Positions 26,274-39,158 are shown, counted from the stretch's first letter. The stretch is 64,000 nt of DNA from Sphaerodactylus townsendi (GCF_021028975.2 NC_059430.1:56606001-56670000), one strand, 5' to 3'. Notes: a model not told the origin generated them from the letters alone. Translations and numbers: made by a program.

Positions 26274-27890
26274 ATGGCGGACGGCCGGTTTTCCCCTGAA
26301 AGGGAAACCTTTACCCGCACAGCGGCGGAGTCCACCCGGGCTTCTGCAGCCAGAGCTTCCTCCACTCAGTCTGAGACCGGCAGGAATGCTCCGTCAACAG
26401 GCGCAGCCGCTAAGTCCAGCCGTCTGCTGTCCAAATCCGGGCGCTCTAAATCGGCGGACCAACAGCCCCAAGCATGAGGGCACAGTCCCCAAAGCGGCGT
26501 GGGGCCCCTGCCCCTCCCAGAGCGTGGCTGACAAGGAAGCATAAGCACATCGAGACTGCGACAAAGCATACAGACCCGCGGCAAGTAATTATTGCCCCAG
26601 GGGAGTGTTGATGTTGGGCAACCAAACTCGGTTCCTTTCAGGAGGAGACCAGGTCAACCTTTCAGACAACCCAAACGCATGGGCTCTGGCTACTCCCCTG
26701 CAATTTGCTAACTTGCTTATACAACAGCTCCAACATCAGGGCACTCCGGTACATGCTCCCCAACTGCCCGGCTGGGTCAGTTCAGCCCACTCTAACACAG
26801 GAATCAGAGGAAGCCCGAAGCAGGCATTAGTGGGGAGTGTGTAGAAGAAGGAAGGATTCTCTGACACAGAGACGGCCAGATCGAACCCGGTGGAAGGCAA
26901 ACCCCTAGGTTTTTCAGGTTAGAAGACCTTCCATTCCTGATCTCTAGAACCATCTCTGCCCTAGACCTCAAGATTCTGCCAGAAGCAGAAGAGGTTCCCA
27001 CAATCCTCAACAACTCAAACTATCAAAGGGCGGACCAAGGAAATCAGGATTATTTCCATCAGGATGGAGCAGGACAAATTAAGTAACCCACATTCAGAGG
27101 CTTTGAAGAGAATTGGGAAAGAGTGGCAAAATCCACATCCAGCAAAACCACCTCCTTAGCTAGAAACTCGGCTCTCCCTGCTACGTTCACAAATCCTGCA
27201 GGTCCCTACAATTTAGGCAGCACCTGTCGTCTATCCAGTGTAGCCTAGTTTCCAGAGATGAGCCGGATCCATTAAGATACTCAAGACAGGAAGGCAGATG
27301 TGCACCTCAAAGAGACTGCGAGGTGTAGCCATATCCATGAAGGCGCTACCATCGCTACAGTGGCCAGGGCACTCCTGGCCTGGCTCAAAAGATCTCAGAA
27401 CTCCTTCCACCAGAGCACCAGAGCCATTAAAGAAGGGATTGATAGGGTTGAAATAGGGCCTCCTTCTAGCGGACTCCACCCTGGATGCCCTAGCGATGGC
27501 AGCCAGATCAATGTGTCGTGCAACCAGGCAGACCATCTGGCTCGCTCACCAGAGCGGGCCTTTTCTAAGGCAGCCGTCACCGGCTACCACTTCAGGAGAA
27601 AACTTTTTGGCCCAGAACTTGACGGAAATCCTAGTCAAAGACAAAGACGAAAATTACTCCCACGCTTAGATCCGACGGGACAGCTCTCTTCCAACAGGGG
27701 TTCCAGCGGTTCCTTTAGATTCTTTTCGTTCCTTCGTTTCCTTCCACCGAGATGAGGAGACAGGAATAGATCCAACTGGCAACAACAATATCACTCCAGT
27801 GGGCCTTCTAGAAGGGGGGATCCTTTGGAGCCTTTTAAAGGAGAGGCGACCCGGTTATTCACCAGGTCGGATAAGACCAACAGACAATGA
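26274..27890 (+). pseudogene. DIRS ORF1 (gag-like), unit 2
   Basis: MADGRFSPERETFTRTAAESTRASAARASS..., LATPLQFANLLIQQLQ, VARALLAWLK...AIKEGIDRVEI, GYHFRRKLFGPELD; TGA at 27888-27890. Confidence 0.7.
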
Positions 27891-29695
27891 CTGCACTCAC
27901 ATTCCAGTGGGGAGGCTGCTCCATTCAGCCAACAATGGGACCTGGCACCTGCAGATGCTTGGGCCAGAGAGGTAGTTCACTTAGGCTACACTAGAATTCT
28001 TACACTTTAAAGCTGTCGATTCTTCCCATTACTGGAAGGCCCAATTCAGAAAGAGACATACAAGAACTTTGGGCGCCATACACCTACTTTCCATACAAGC
28101 AATCGAACATGTACAACACAAACACCACGAGGGTCTACTCCCACTTTTCACCGTCGAAAAATCAGGGGACTGGAGGGCAATCCTCAACCTCAATCATTGA
28201 ACCAACACATAAGGGTGCGCCAAAATTCAAGATGGAACCTTTCGCACCATCCGGCATCCATCAGGAAGGAGAATTCCCTAACCTCCTCGACCTCTGAGCC
28301 TACCTCCGTCCCCATCCACCAGACACAGAAAATTCCTCCGGCAGCGTGGAGCAAGGAATTTTCAATTCAAGGCTTTGCCGTTGAACTGCATCTGCACCCG
28401 GTTTTCAAAATCCTATTGCCCCATAATCACTACGTCAACAGGAATACCGTCCACCCTTACTTGGGCTGACATTCTAGTCGATCAAAACCAAATCCACTGC
28501 GCTTTCGCCAGGCGTCAACGGTAACCCGAAACACTTCAACAATTCGGTTTCCTAATAAACAAGTCAAAAGTTCCTCACACCCACACACAGGATGGGTACC
28601 TAGGTGTAATTGTGGACCTGGGTTAAATTCCCCTTTCCTCCGAACCAAAGGTGCTAAAAATCCAGAAAGAAGTTTCTCAGCTCATCTCCAGCAAACAAAT
28701 GTCCCTAATGCACCTATCGAGGCATACTAGGTCAGATGATAAGCGACCATCGATCGCGGTCAATGGTAGAATGCATGCGAGACCACTGCAAGCCTTTCTC
28801 CGTAGTATCAATGGGACATCACCCACAAGCGGGATCAACAAATAGTAATCCCATTCTCATTGAAAACCAATCTCAGATGGTGGACCAGTTCTCACAACCT
28901 TTCCCAGGGGAAGGTCTACCTGGTCGGGAGCGGATCAAAGATCTTCACAGATGCCAGCCTGACCGGCTGGGGAGCCACCCACAGGGTCCCACATGGTCCA
29001 AGGACACTGGTCTACAGTCTCAGAAGCTCTTCACATCAATCTGCTAGAGACAACGATTCTCTAGCTCTCATCCATTTCAAAGGACCAGATGGTGCACCAG
29101 CGCATTATCAAAACAGACAATATAGCTCGCGAGGGCCTACATAAATCATCAGGGGAGGGTCCAGATCGGCGACTCCTACGAAGGAGGCCGACAAGATCAT
29201 GGTGGGCCGAGTCCAGCCTCATCTATACAAGCAGAACACATCAAGGGTCAATTGAACATCACGGCGATTGGGCTCAGCCGACAGACTACAGGACAATGCA
29301 GAGTGGACTCTTCTCCCGGAGGTCTTCCAACAACTAATGAGCCGCTACCTTAAAGATAGACCTCTTTGCATCTCCAGAACAATTCCCCAACTTCAGCCAG
29401 TTCATGTCATGGCTGCCTGCCAAGACAGCCATAGCAATATAACGCACTCCGGCCCCCTGGCCTCCAGAGACACTTTATGCATTCCACCCATTCCCCTCAT
29501 CCCAAAACTACTCAGAAACCTGTTCCAGGAACAGGCAACATTGATCTATTAGCCCCATACTGGCCATGAACCTGGTTCTCCACAATACTAGAACTAGCAG
29601 TGGGGAACCAATTCCTGTTGAGCGGACCTTCTCATTCAGGGACGGTATGGCACCGGACCAGACAGGCTACCTAGCAAAAGCCTGGCTATTGAGAG
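27887..29695 (+). pseudogene. DIRS pol (RT/RNase H/MT), unit 2
   Basis: PKFKME, HPYLG, LRWW, KIFTDASLTGWGATH, IIKTDN, WWAESSL, AEWTLLPEVFQQL, PPIPLIPKLLRNL. Confidence 0.88.
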
Positions 29696-30730
29696 AGGGA
29701 CGGGGTTAAGAAGAAAAGGCGCTACTTTCGGCTCAGGTCATACAGACCATTCTAAACTCTAGGCATTAGATCCACTTCCAGAATTTATGACTATACATGG
29801 AAAGTGTTAAATGCGATGGGCCTCCATTGAACGAGTGAATCCCCAAAAGCCTTAACTGGCACACATCTAGAATTCCTCAGGGTGGGGTGACAGAGGGGTC
29901 TCAGAGCCTCAACCCTCCGTGAACAACTGGCAGCCCTTTCAGCGGTCTGGCCCAAAATCCAGAACCACGGCGTTCCAGTTCACCCAGACATCCTACGGTT
30001 CTAAAGGGGTTTCCCAAACACAATCTCCAAATTCACAGGTTTCCCTCCTGGAACCTACATACAGTGTTATTGGCTCCTCACTAGATAAGCCCTTTGAACC
30101 AATCCGGTCAATTCACCTCCGTTGGTTGAGGATGAAACTTCTATTCCTTGTGTATAACATCAATGGGAGAGTCTCAGAGACTCAGATCCTCAATACTCCT
30201 GACTGTTGCACAATTCATCAGGACAGGGTCACCCCTAAGATCAGACCCTTCCTTCAGCCCAAAGCATCAACTTTCATTTGAAGCAAAATAGTGCTCGATT
30301 ATTCTACCCCAAACCAGCCCCAATGACGAGGAAAAGTTGTGAAAACAAATTAGGCGATCTTGCGGGTCCTTAAAAGCGTTCTGAATGCGCTGAAAGAGGG
30401 ACATCAGGAAATCCAACAGCCTATTTATCCAGCGTGGCCCATCCTAGGCTGGGAACAGATGTCGGGTGCTGCGCTATAAAACTTAGCATGCATCCCAGCA
30501 CCTGCATCTCCGAGGCCCTCGCCTCCGCCCCAATATCCCGAGTACCAGCGGGAGTAAAGCTGGCATTCTGTCCATTTCTTTGCTGCTACCAATCGCGGCT
30601 GTTAGGCGAATCAGTTGAGGATATTTGTAGGCTGACCATCTGGTCATCCTCATCTACATTAAGTTAGAGCATTATAAGTTGGATTCTTGGTCCGCCAGTT
30701 CAACGCCGGTATAAGATTCTGGATCTGGTT
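29690..30730 (+). pseudogene. DIRS tyrosine recombinase, unit 2
   Basis: DKPFEPIRSIHLRWLRMKLLFLV...RVSE, PFLQPK, SVEDICRLTIWSSSSTL followed by cattataag (HYK). Confidence 0.85.
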
Positions 30731-33700
30731 AGAGGAAACTGAACTTCCCACCCAGGGAGCAGGGACGCGGCGGCGTTGTAGGTCCCATCGCAGACTTCCG
30801 TTACGAATGTCGGCTATTCGGTTCACTCCCGTGAAGAGCCTTTCTGCCTCGGTTGGCGTTAGGAAGTCTCAACAGAACAGTTTTCCATCAAATCCTGAGT
30901 ATTAAGATCAGCGGATTACCCCTCAAATGTTAGTGGAGTTCAGTTATCCCCAATGTTAGTGGGTTAGTTTAAAGGTTAAGATTGTTTTCTTGAGTTAATG
31001 CGTTTGTTTTAAGACTTCGTGGTCCAGTTCGCAACTGGGGATCTTAACCCGGACGAGGGGTCAACGGGAAGCAATTCTTTTAAGAAGATCCTGCCTCCTG
31101 GTAGCAGACAACAGGAGAACCCATCGCAGACTTCCCACGCCTAACCGGAGAAAGGCTCTTCACGGTGAGTGAACCAATAGCCGATCTTAGTCCCTCTGGT
31201 GCTGCTTCTTGACATACTCTAGGAGGAGCACACAATCTCTCTTCTCTATTCATTGGTGTCTGGGAATAGAAGCTATTAGTCTACCACTGACAATGAGTTC
31301 TGTTGCCAGTGTTTGGATTTTTTCCAAAATGTTCTTAATTTCCCCTGGAATATTATTAATGCTGGACTGAGCATCAGTTGACCATGAGCATCATTAGGCA
31401 GCCCTGGGGCTGAATATTAAGTCCTGGCCCTCCTCAGATGACTACTGCATTAGCAGCTTTTCTATATAGAAACAGTAGAACAATGTGAGATAAAAATAAA
31501 TGTCATGTATTCTGTACAACCAGCTGTCTTGTGAGTAGCTAACCTTTGTTTGACCAGCTAGAAAAGCCTATAGAACAATAATATATGTGAAGAACAAAGC
31601 TATTTTGGGTTATTTATTTTTGGCTTCAAAGTACATACTGAACTTTCCTTGTAATGATCTACACACTTTAAAAACATGATTCAAATGAATCATGTCAACA
31701 TCAAGTTATTCATTCTGACAGCACAAGCTTTGTTTGCATTTTGATGCACTTAAGCACATAACTAAATTTTTTCTGTTGATGTTAAAAAAATCTATCTGCA
31801 GTCTTTCACTCTTTCAACTTTTGGAGTATTTGTGAAATTTATCTAGAGTTATATGTTTGTCAGTCCCACTGAAATGAATAGGACTACAGCACCCCTAGGG
31901 GAGTGCAGGATACTTCTGGGCCAGTGAAATGATGTTTAAGTTACGTACTGATCATATTTTTCCACTATTGTAGAAATAATATTACAAACTAGGATAAGAT
32001 GTAATTAAATGTAATGTTTCTATTTAAGCAATGGTGTGTACTTTGTTTTTGAATCTATTTTTTAAACAAAAATATACATGGAAAGACCAAACTCTGTATC
32101 ATCTTTGAGACTAACTAATCTTTATAATAGTTTCTAAGCTTTCACAGCAAAGCCTCTTTTTTCAGGTGACAGAAATTGAATTAAAATGTATGAGGTATTG
32201 AACTTAATCTCCAAATTTGCCACTAAACCAAGCTTTTAATTAACCATAATGTACTGTGTGTGCAGTTAACCTAAAGTATGCTATTTGTATAATTTAAAAA
32301 AGAGATTAGTATCCTTTACAAAGCATTTTCTGGTTCTGCCTACGAAAGCTCAAAATATAAGGGCTTGTGTCCTGCCTCGAATTTCTGCACATGCAAGGGT
32401 GTGCATGATTTGCTCCTAGCTCCCCTTCTTGTAGAAGTCCAAAATGCCCACCCAAAGAGTTGCTCCTGGGGATCCTCAGGAATAAATTGAGGAATCAGAG
32501 TTCTCCTCTGAAGAAAGGGAAATTCACGAAAATTGACTCATCCTTATGGTTGCAGAAATTCTACATAGGAACCAAGCCAAGTAGTTGAATATATAAGAAA
32601 ATGTTCACAGAACTCTGATAGTTTTGTGAGGCTATAAAAAACCCACCAAAAAAAAAAGAGCATTAAAAATTAAAAACAACGTAAGGAGAGAGAATCATGC
32701 TAAAATGTTTTGACTGGTTTGAGTTTGTTTTGTCCCCGAGCAACCCCATCCAAAGGCCGGGTGCCCAGATACTACTCCACAATTGCTCCACCTCGGCATT
32801 CCCATTGGGGCTTTCTGGTGGTATGGAGAGGCAAAAACAATAAAAAGACTCCTTTGGGCTTAATGGACTTACACCATCAACAAAGTGGTATATGTCCAAA
32901 ACCCTCTCTAAGGCAACAGCTGGGGAAGCCAACTAGTGTCAGCTCTTTCCCCACCACACTTCTGGACCACTCCTGCTTTGCCAGTGAAGGTTCAGGAATG
33001 CTGATATGGTGCTCAACACCACATTCCACCACTGTGGAGGGCTGCAATGGCCACCTTCTGGTGAATGCCCTCGGGAGGGCATATCCTCTGACGCAGCCCC
33101 ATGCTGCTCTTTGAATGAGGCTGTAATTCTTTCTAATGTTGTCAATAAAACAGCCTAGGCTTTTGTCACCCGACTCACATGGGTTCTTGAGAGTAAGTGA
33201 GCATCCAGCAGGCCAAATAATTTTTTAAAAAAATTATATAAAAATAGAAGAAAATGTAAAAATCAACATGAAAAGTCCTTCAGCAGGTATAATAACATCT
33301 GCATAAATAGCAGAAGATTAGCTGAAACATAAGACAGGATAAAATATGCAAATATTAGCATAGTCCTTAAATCTATTTGGTGTTGGCCTCAGTTTCTTCC
33401 AGCAAGCATAGGTTGAGGAAAAGATATAGCATTTCCAGTAGGCTCAGAATAAATTAGAATGGCATAGTCACTCTAGCTCCATAGTAAGTTTTTTATAACA
33501 ATTCATCAACCACGGTCGGGTGAATTCAAACCAATTAGAGCTAAATTTGAGTGGAACTTTTCAAAGCCAAGCTTCTGGTCATACTCACATGTCAGCCAAT
33601 TAATGACTTGGGCCAGCCTGGCTCAGATAATCACAACACCCCTTTAATGTTTTGAGGGTTTGAGACCAGTAGCTAATACTTCCTGCTCATTCTCATAATA

Positions 33701-33989
33701 GCAAGCAGGTGAAACAAGGTTTAATCAGGACAGGGCCTTCTAATTTAAAAAGGCAGAAAAAAATTCACAGGCCTGTTTTAAAAGGTTCCCTTTCACAACC
33801 TGCACAACTTGACCAAAGTTTTGACAGTGATTGAATTTCTTGACAAATGTATTCTTAAAACAAACTGCGGAAGAATCAGCGTGTTGTTGACTAGTCATAT
33901 AGAAAGGGAAACCTAACCAGTATGAAGTTCATTGGAATTTCTCCCACTATCTATCCTAATGGTCAGTTTTCTCTGTATATCACATACTA

Positions 33990-34328
33990 CTGTGTTTCCC
34001 CAAATATTAGACAGGGTCTTATATTAATTTTTGCACCAAAAGATGCATTAGGGCTTATTTTCGGGGTAGGGCTTATTTTAGGGGAAATATGGCACCTTCA
34101 CAATTCATTAAGGCGGGCTCTCGGCAGCCCCTTGCTTCCCTGTCACCTGTGATACAAGCTGCATCCTCATTGGCAGGGAGCACCCTGCTGGATCACACCA
34201 TCCTGATCTGTAACTACCGGTAAGGCTTATTTTTGGAGTAGGGCTTATATTTTAAGCCTCCTCCAAAAATCCTGAAAAATCATGAGAGGACTTATTGGGG
34301 GGTAGGTCTTATTTTCGGGGAAACACGG
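33990..34328. mobile_element. Tc1/mariner-superfamily (Tc2/pogo-like) MITE
   Basis: TA|ctgtgtttcccc ... ggggaaacacgg|TA terminal inverted repeats with TA target duplication; internal agggcttatttt repeats. Confidence 0.85.
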
Positions 34329-34379
34329 TATCTGATCATTGATCTTTAAAGTACTGTGTACATTTAATAAACATACAAT

Positions 34380-34666
34380 GGGATTCTTACTGCCTCCTCC
34401 TCCCCTCAGCATGGCTGGGGGAGGAGTCGAAATTAGTTGGCTTCCTCCTGGCCATTGCCACCATTGTGCTGGTGACCAGAGCTTTGGACTTACGCCACTG
34501 AAAAAGACGCTTAAGTCCATTAAATCGAATGGAGGCTTCCTGGTGGCGGGGAGGCTTTTATTTGCATTTTAAGCCTCCCCATACTGCTAGAAAGCCTCTT
34601 TTGAAGTGGCAGGCCTGTGCTGCTGTGATGCTGCTGCTGGGTGCCCAGCCCATTGGAAGGGGCTGC
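34380..34666 (+). repeat. Dispersed non-autonomous repeat (family shared with 39884-40119 and 1803-2195)
   Basis: Direct similarity to 39884-40119 over >200 bp. Confidence 0.7.
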
Positions 34667-35856
34667 TGGGCACCTAAGTCCCAATAAATCAGAAGTTTGA
34701 GATGTTTTGGTAAAAAGCTAGAATCTGCCTATGTACAACAGAGCCTATGCCTGCATCATATAGTGTATACTTCCTTGGTCACATACCATCAACTCAAATA
34801 TTAAGGACAATGCTTTTTGAACTAATGTCCATATATTGCTTTTATTGGAACTTTTCCATCAGAGCCTGTTTAAGAAAGAGTTCGATACTGAATTGGAGCA
34901 GGTCATCCTTCTGTGGAATAGATGTTGAATAAAGCCTCAAAACATGTTAGGTTCCTAGAAAAATCTAGTCCTTTCATCCTTAGCAACATTTTGCAGGAAA
35001 GGGCATTCCAGGGTGTGGGTGGAATGTAATCGCTGCCTAAAGTTATAAAAAATCTGATGGATATTCATGGAAAATCCCAGCTGCATCATTATGACTCTCT
35101 GCAGAGTCCTAATGGGAAGAGTTAAATTTTTGTTGACCCAGTTTGTTGCTGCTTTGGTATTAACATGAATGAATATGAAAAGAGACAGGTGAGAGTCTTT
35201 TGGACAAAAACATCAAGGAAGTCACCTCTGCATAGCATAGAGGTTGTTTTGTTATCAATGTCTCTGCTCAGAGCACTGTCAAGGTTAACTTGCTATAGCA
35301 GATATCCCAGCCGGAGTGTTAAATTCCTGATGATTGAAAGTTTCATCAGGCAATTTACAGCACAGTATATTTTTTGCATTCCAAATGTCACAGAATACTT
35401 TCATGGCTTAGAACAAATAAGTGACCTTGCTATAAATGGACAAAGAAATGGCACAATAATGAAAGCATGTAATGTTGAAAGGTGGAAGTTGTGAACTGAA
35501 GTGACTTGGGTTGAGAAAGTAAAGTGTAAATGAATTCCATTTTGCAAAGGAGGAATCAGTGGAAAAGAGAAGCCGTTCGGAGGGGGTTGGTATTCCAATT
35601 TATTCTGGCCAGAAAATTAGTGTTTTGGTAAACAACATGCTCTTTTTCACTTGGTTTTGCTGCAACTTTCTTCATGTCTACTCATACAAAACTAAAAACC
35701 ATTTTCATTCATTTCATTCTTGATGAGGCAATAATAAATACAAACCAGACATTTGTGAATTAATGTTAGGTTATATGAGCAGAATAGTTCCAGACTGCCA
35801 TGATTGACTACCATTCTACTTGAGCCTGATGGTGAATGAAGTATTAGATTGGCCTA

Positions 35857-38800
35857 CTGTATATACTCGCATATAAGTTGGTGCTGCTTTTATTTTTGTG
35901 CTGAAAAGCTCCCCTCGACTTATCTTTTGTAAGTGAGGTGTATTTTAAAACATCTTAGGGTTTTGCTTTGTTGTACCAGGGAGAGAACTAGTTAGGCTAG
36001 CTTAGCATAAAATTTCTTAGGGTACCATCAGGTGACACTCCCGATGATGCCAGCTACGTTTAGTGATGTTTGGTTTAGAAAGGATCAAAAGTTATGGACC
36101 ACTCAAAGGGGTCCCCAATCCCCATTGACAATAGGGGAACCAAATAGTCAGAACAGGCTTCCTTTTGAGGGTCCATAACTTTGGACCCCCCTGAACCAAA
36201 CTTCACCAAACCTGGGTGATATCATCAGGATAATCTCTTGCGGAGGCCAGCCAGGTTTGGTGATGTTTGGTTCAGGGGATCCAAAGTTATATGGATCCTC
36301 AAAGTGGAATGCTCCCATCCCCCATTGTTTTCCAATGAGGCTAGCCGTGAAGATGGGAATTACCCTTTTGAGGGTCCATAACTTTGGAGCCCCTGAACCA
36401 AACTTCACCAAACCTGGGTGGTATCATCAGGAGGGTCTCCTAAAGATACTCTGAAATGTTTTTCTTTGGCTAACATTCCTCCTGACAAGACACCACTCAA
36501 GTGCAGATTCTCCCTTTAAATCACCCCCCCTTCTGAGTGGATTGAAAGGGAGAATCAGGGCTTACAGAGCTAGTTTACTGTTTTTATTTATTTAATTTAT
36601 TTATTTATTGAATTTGGTATACCGCCCTATCCCCGAAGGGCTCAGAGTGATGGTGAACTATAAAATCCTATGTAAAGCATAATACCAAATAGTTTGATTT
36701 ACTAAAACAGTAGCCCCACGGAGTCCATATACAACCCTCCCCAACAGAAAAAAAGAATAGGATTCCCAATGAGTGTAAGGAGTCCTGTAACAGAGAGGGC
36801 TATTTATGGCAGGGTGAGGTGGTGGTGGAGAGCACTGTCAGCTGACTGTGGTCACTCCAAAGACCCGATTGGAACAATTAGGTCTTACAGGCCCTCTTGA
36901 AATTCTCCAAGGTCCCACAGGGCCCGGACAGCTGGTGGCAGAGTGTTCCACCAGGCCGGCGCCATAGCCGTAAAGGTCCTGGCCCGAGTGGAGGCCAGCC
37001 GTGTCATTGAGGGGCCGGGGATCTCCAGTAAATTTGCCTCTGCAGAACGCAGAGGTCGAACCGGGACATTTGGGGTAATGCGGTCCCGAAGGTACGAGGG
37101 TCCCAGGCCGCATAAGGCCTTAAAGGTCAGCACCCACACCTTGAACACGATCCGGAATTCAACTGGCAGCCAGTGCAGGCGGCGCAACACAGGGCGGATA
37201 TGTTCTCTAAAGGCGCCCCCTGTGAGCAATCGGGCCGCATGCTGGACCAGTTTCAGTTTCCGGATCAGGCGCAAGGGAAGGCCCGCGTAGAGTGAGTTAC
37301 AATAGTCTAGCCTGGAGGTGACCGTTGCATGGATCACAGTGGCTAGTTCAGTGAGAATTGGAGAGAAGGGTGGCAGGCTGAACTGTACGAGATAGAGATG
37401 GAAAAAAGCATAACCGGGTTATATGGGCCACCTGGATCTCCATTGAAAGAGGCGAATCCCAGGTGGACCCCCCCAGGCTTGGGGCCGGAGGGAGGTCACG
37501 GCGCCAATGTGACCCCCCCCTCCCACGGGACGGTTGGGAAATCCCCAATCCCTCCTCCCTGACCAAGGCTAGGGATCTCCGTCTTCTTAGATGGATTGAG
37601 TTTTAACCTGCTTTCTGTTGCTTAACCAACTAATGGCCTTCAAAACAGAGTGCTGCTTGAGAGCTACAGGGGAAGTGACAGCTCCCCCTCCATCAACAGA
37701 ATGAGCTGTGTGTCATCAGCATACTGATGGCAAATCAGCCCAAGCTCCGTACCCAGCTGAGCAAGGAGTTACATATAGATGTTAAATAATAGTGGGGACA
37801 AGCAATGCCCCTGAGGGCACCACCTGCATAATAAGCGGGCACCTCCAGGAAGCTTTGTCCCCACACCACTGCTGCTGGCTCAGCCCTTGGAGAAACGAGG
37901 CAATCCATTGAAGGACGGTGCCCCGGACCCCTGAGGCGTGCCAGAGCAGTGGATCCAAAAGGTCGTAATGGTCGACCACATCAAGCGCTGCGGTGAGATC
38001 TAACAACGCCAACAGCGCCGATCCATGCCTCGGTCTAGCTGCATCACGGAGCGATATCTGTGACAGCGATGAGAACTGTCGCCGTCCAGGGCTGGAAGGG
38101 GTCAGATGCTGATGTGTCATCCAGAAAAGCCTGAGAAGCACCGCTCCAACGCACCACGCTCTCGTTACCTTCCCCAGAAGCGAAAGGTGAGAGATGGGGC
38201 TTGTAATTATTGAGATCTCAGGATCTAAGGATGGTCTTTTCAAGAGTGGAAGCGGGACCACTGCCTCCTTCAACCCATCTGGAAGAGACTCCTTTGCTCC
38301 CAAAGGGAGTCATTGATGATCTTCAACAAGATGGGGTCATTAATTCCTCCCATGCGATTTAATCAGCCAGGAAGGAACTGCGGATCCCAGAAGGGACAAG
38401 TAGTAGGTCTAGCGACGTAGGAGGCCCCTGTCAACAACAGCGGCTTCAGAGAGCAGGGAAAACTAGACAAACAGGGGCCAGAGAAAGAAGGCAAAGGAGC
38501 CTCCAGTTATTAATTGTAGTTAAGTTGGCAGGAAGGTCACCTGGCGGGCCGACTTTATCACCGCAAAAGAAGCTCGCATAAATGCCTCACAGCTGTAGGC
38601 AATTCATGATTTACAGTAGAACCCTCTGATGGCGAGAGTCAAAGGTCGAGATTATCGAAAATAATTGTCACCGGTGAGAGCTGGCAGATCACGAGACGAA
38701 GGAGAAGCTTCCTCGCCAGCGCTCGCTTCATTAAGCATGCATCTCATAGGCTTTCATAAACGTCCTATAGGATGTTCGCGCCGCTTCATCACGAGACTTC

Positions 38801-39158
38801 CTCCACACTCGCTCTAGACGTCTGAACACCCGTTTCATATGGCAAAGCTTCTCTGTATACCACGGAGCCTGCCTTGAGCGGGGGCGCAGAGGACGCCGGG
38901 GAGCAACAATCTCGATGGCATCGGAGAGGCGGGAATTCCAATCCTTTCTTGGAAATAAATATTCAAAAACATTTAGCCTACTGATGCCTCAATTAATGTA
39001 ATTTTATTGGTATCTATTTTTATTTTTGAAATTTACTACTAGCTGCTGCATTCCCCACCCTCAATTTATATGCGAGTCAATAAGTTTTCCCAGTTTTTTG
39101 TGGTAAAATTAGTTGCCTCGACTTATATGCGGGTTGACTTATACACGGGTATATACAG
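35857..39158. mobile_element. TA-flanked non-autonomous DNA transposon (Tc2/pogo-like TIRs) interrupted by an L2 insertion
   Basis: TIRs ctgtatatactcg (35857) and cgggtatatacag (39158); subterminal cgacttat repeats at both ends; internal direct and inverted gggtccataactttgga..ccctgaaccaaacttcaccaaacctgg units at 36050-36430. Confidence 0.7.
36580..38942 (-). mobile_element. L2 LINE, 5'-truncated
   Basis: Clean ORF 36885-37337 (IHATVTSRLDYCNSLYAGLPL...LHWLPVEFRIVFKV); frameshifted RT upstream (LKEAVV, LLDLTAALDVVDH); AT-rich tail at 36580-36612. Confidence 0.93.

Larger units (their letters stand above)
25763..31187 (+). mobile_element. DIRS1-type retrotransposon, full-length unit 2 (family A), direct tandem copy of unit 1
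   Basis: Left ITR 25763-25881, right ITR 31032-31152, extension to ~31187, ICR 30784-30868; colinear with unit 1 throughout. Confidence 0.95.

Noticed and set aside
20441-31187. Interpretation as an endogenous retrovirus or LTR element
   Set aside because: Termini are inverted with an ICR; no protease, DDE integrase or env; RT is followed by MT and YR, which defines DIRS.
36050-36430. Regularly recurring ~50-bp units resembling a CRISPR-like array
   Set aside because: Eukaryotic context, mixed orientation, degenerate units and non-unique spacers; internal repeats of a DNA transposon.
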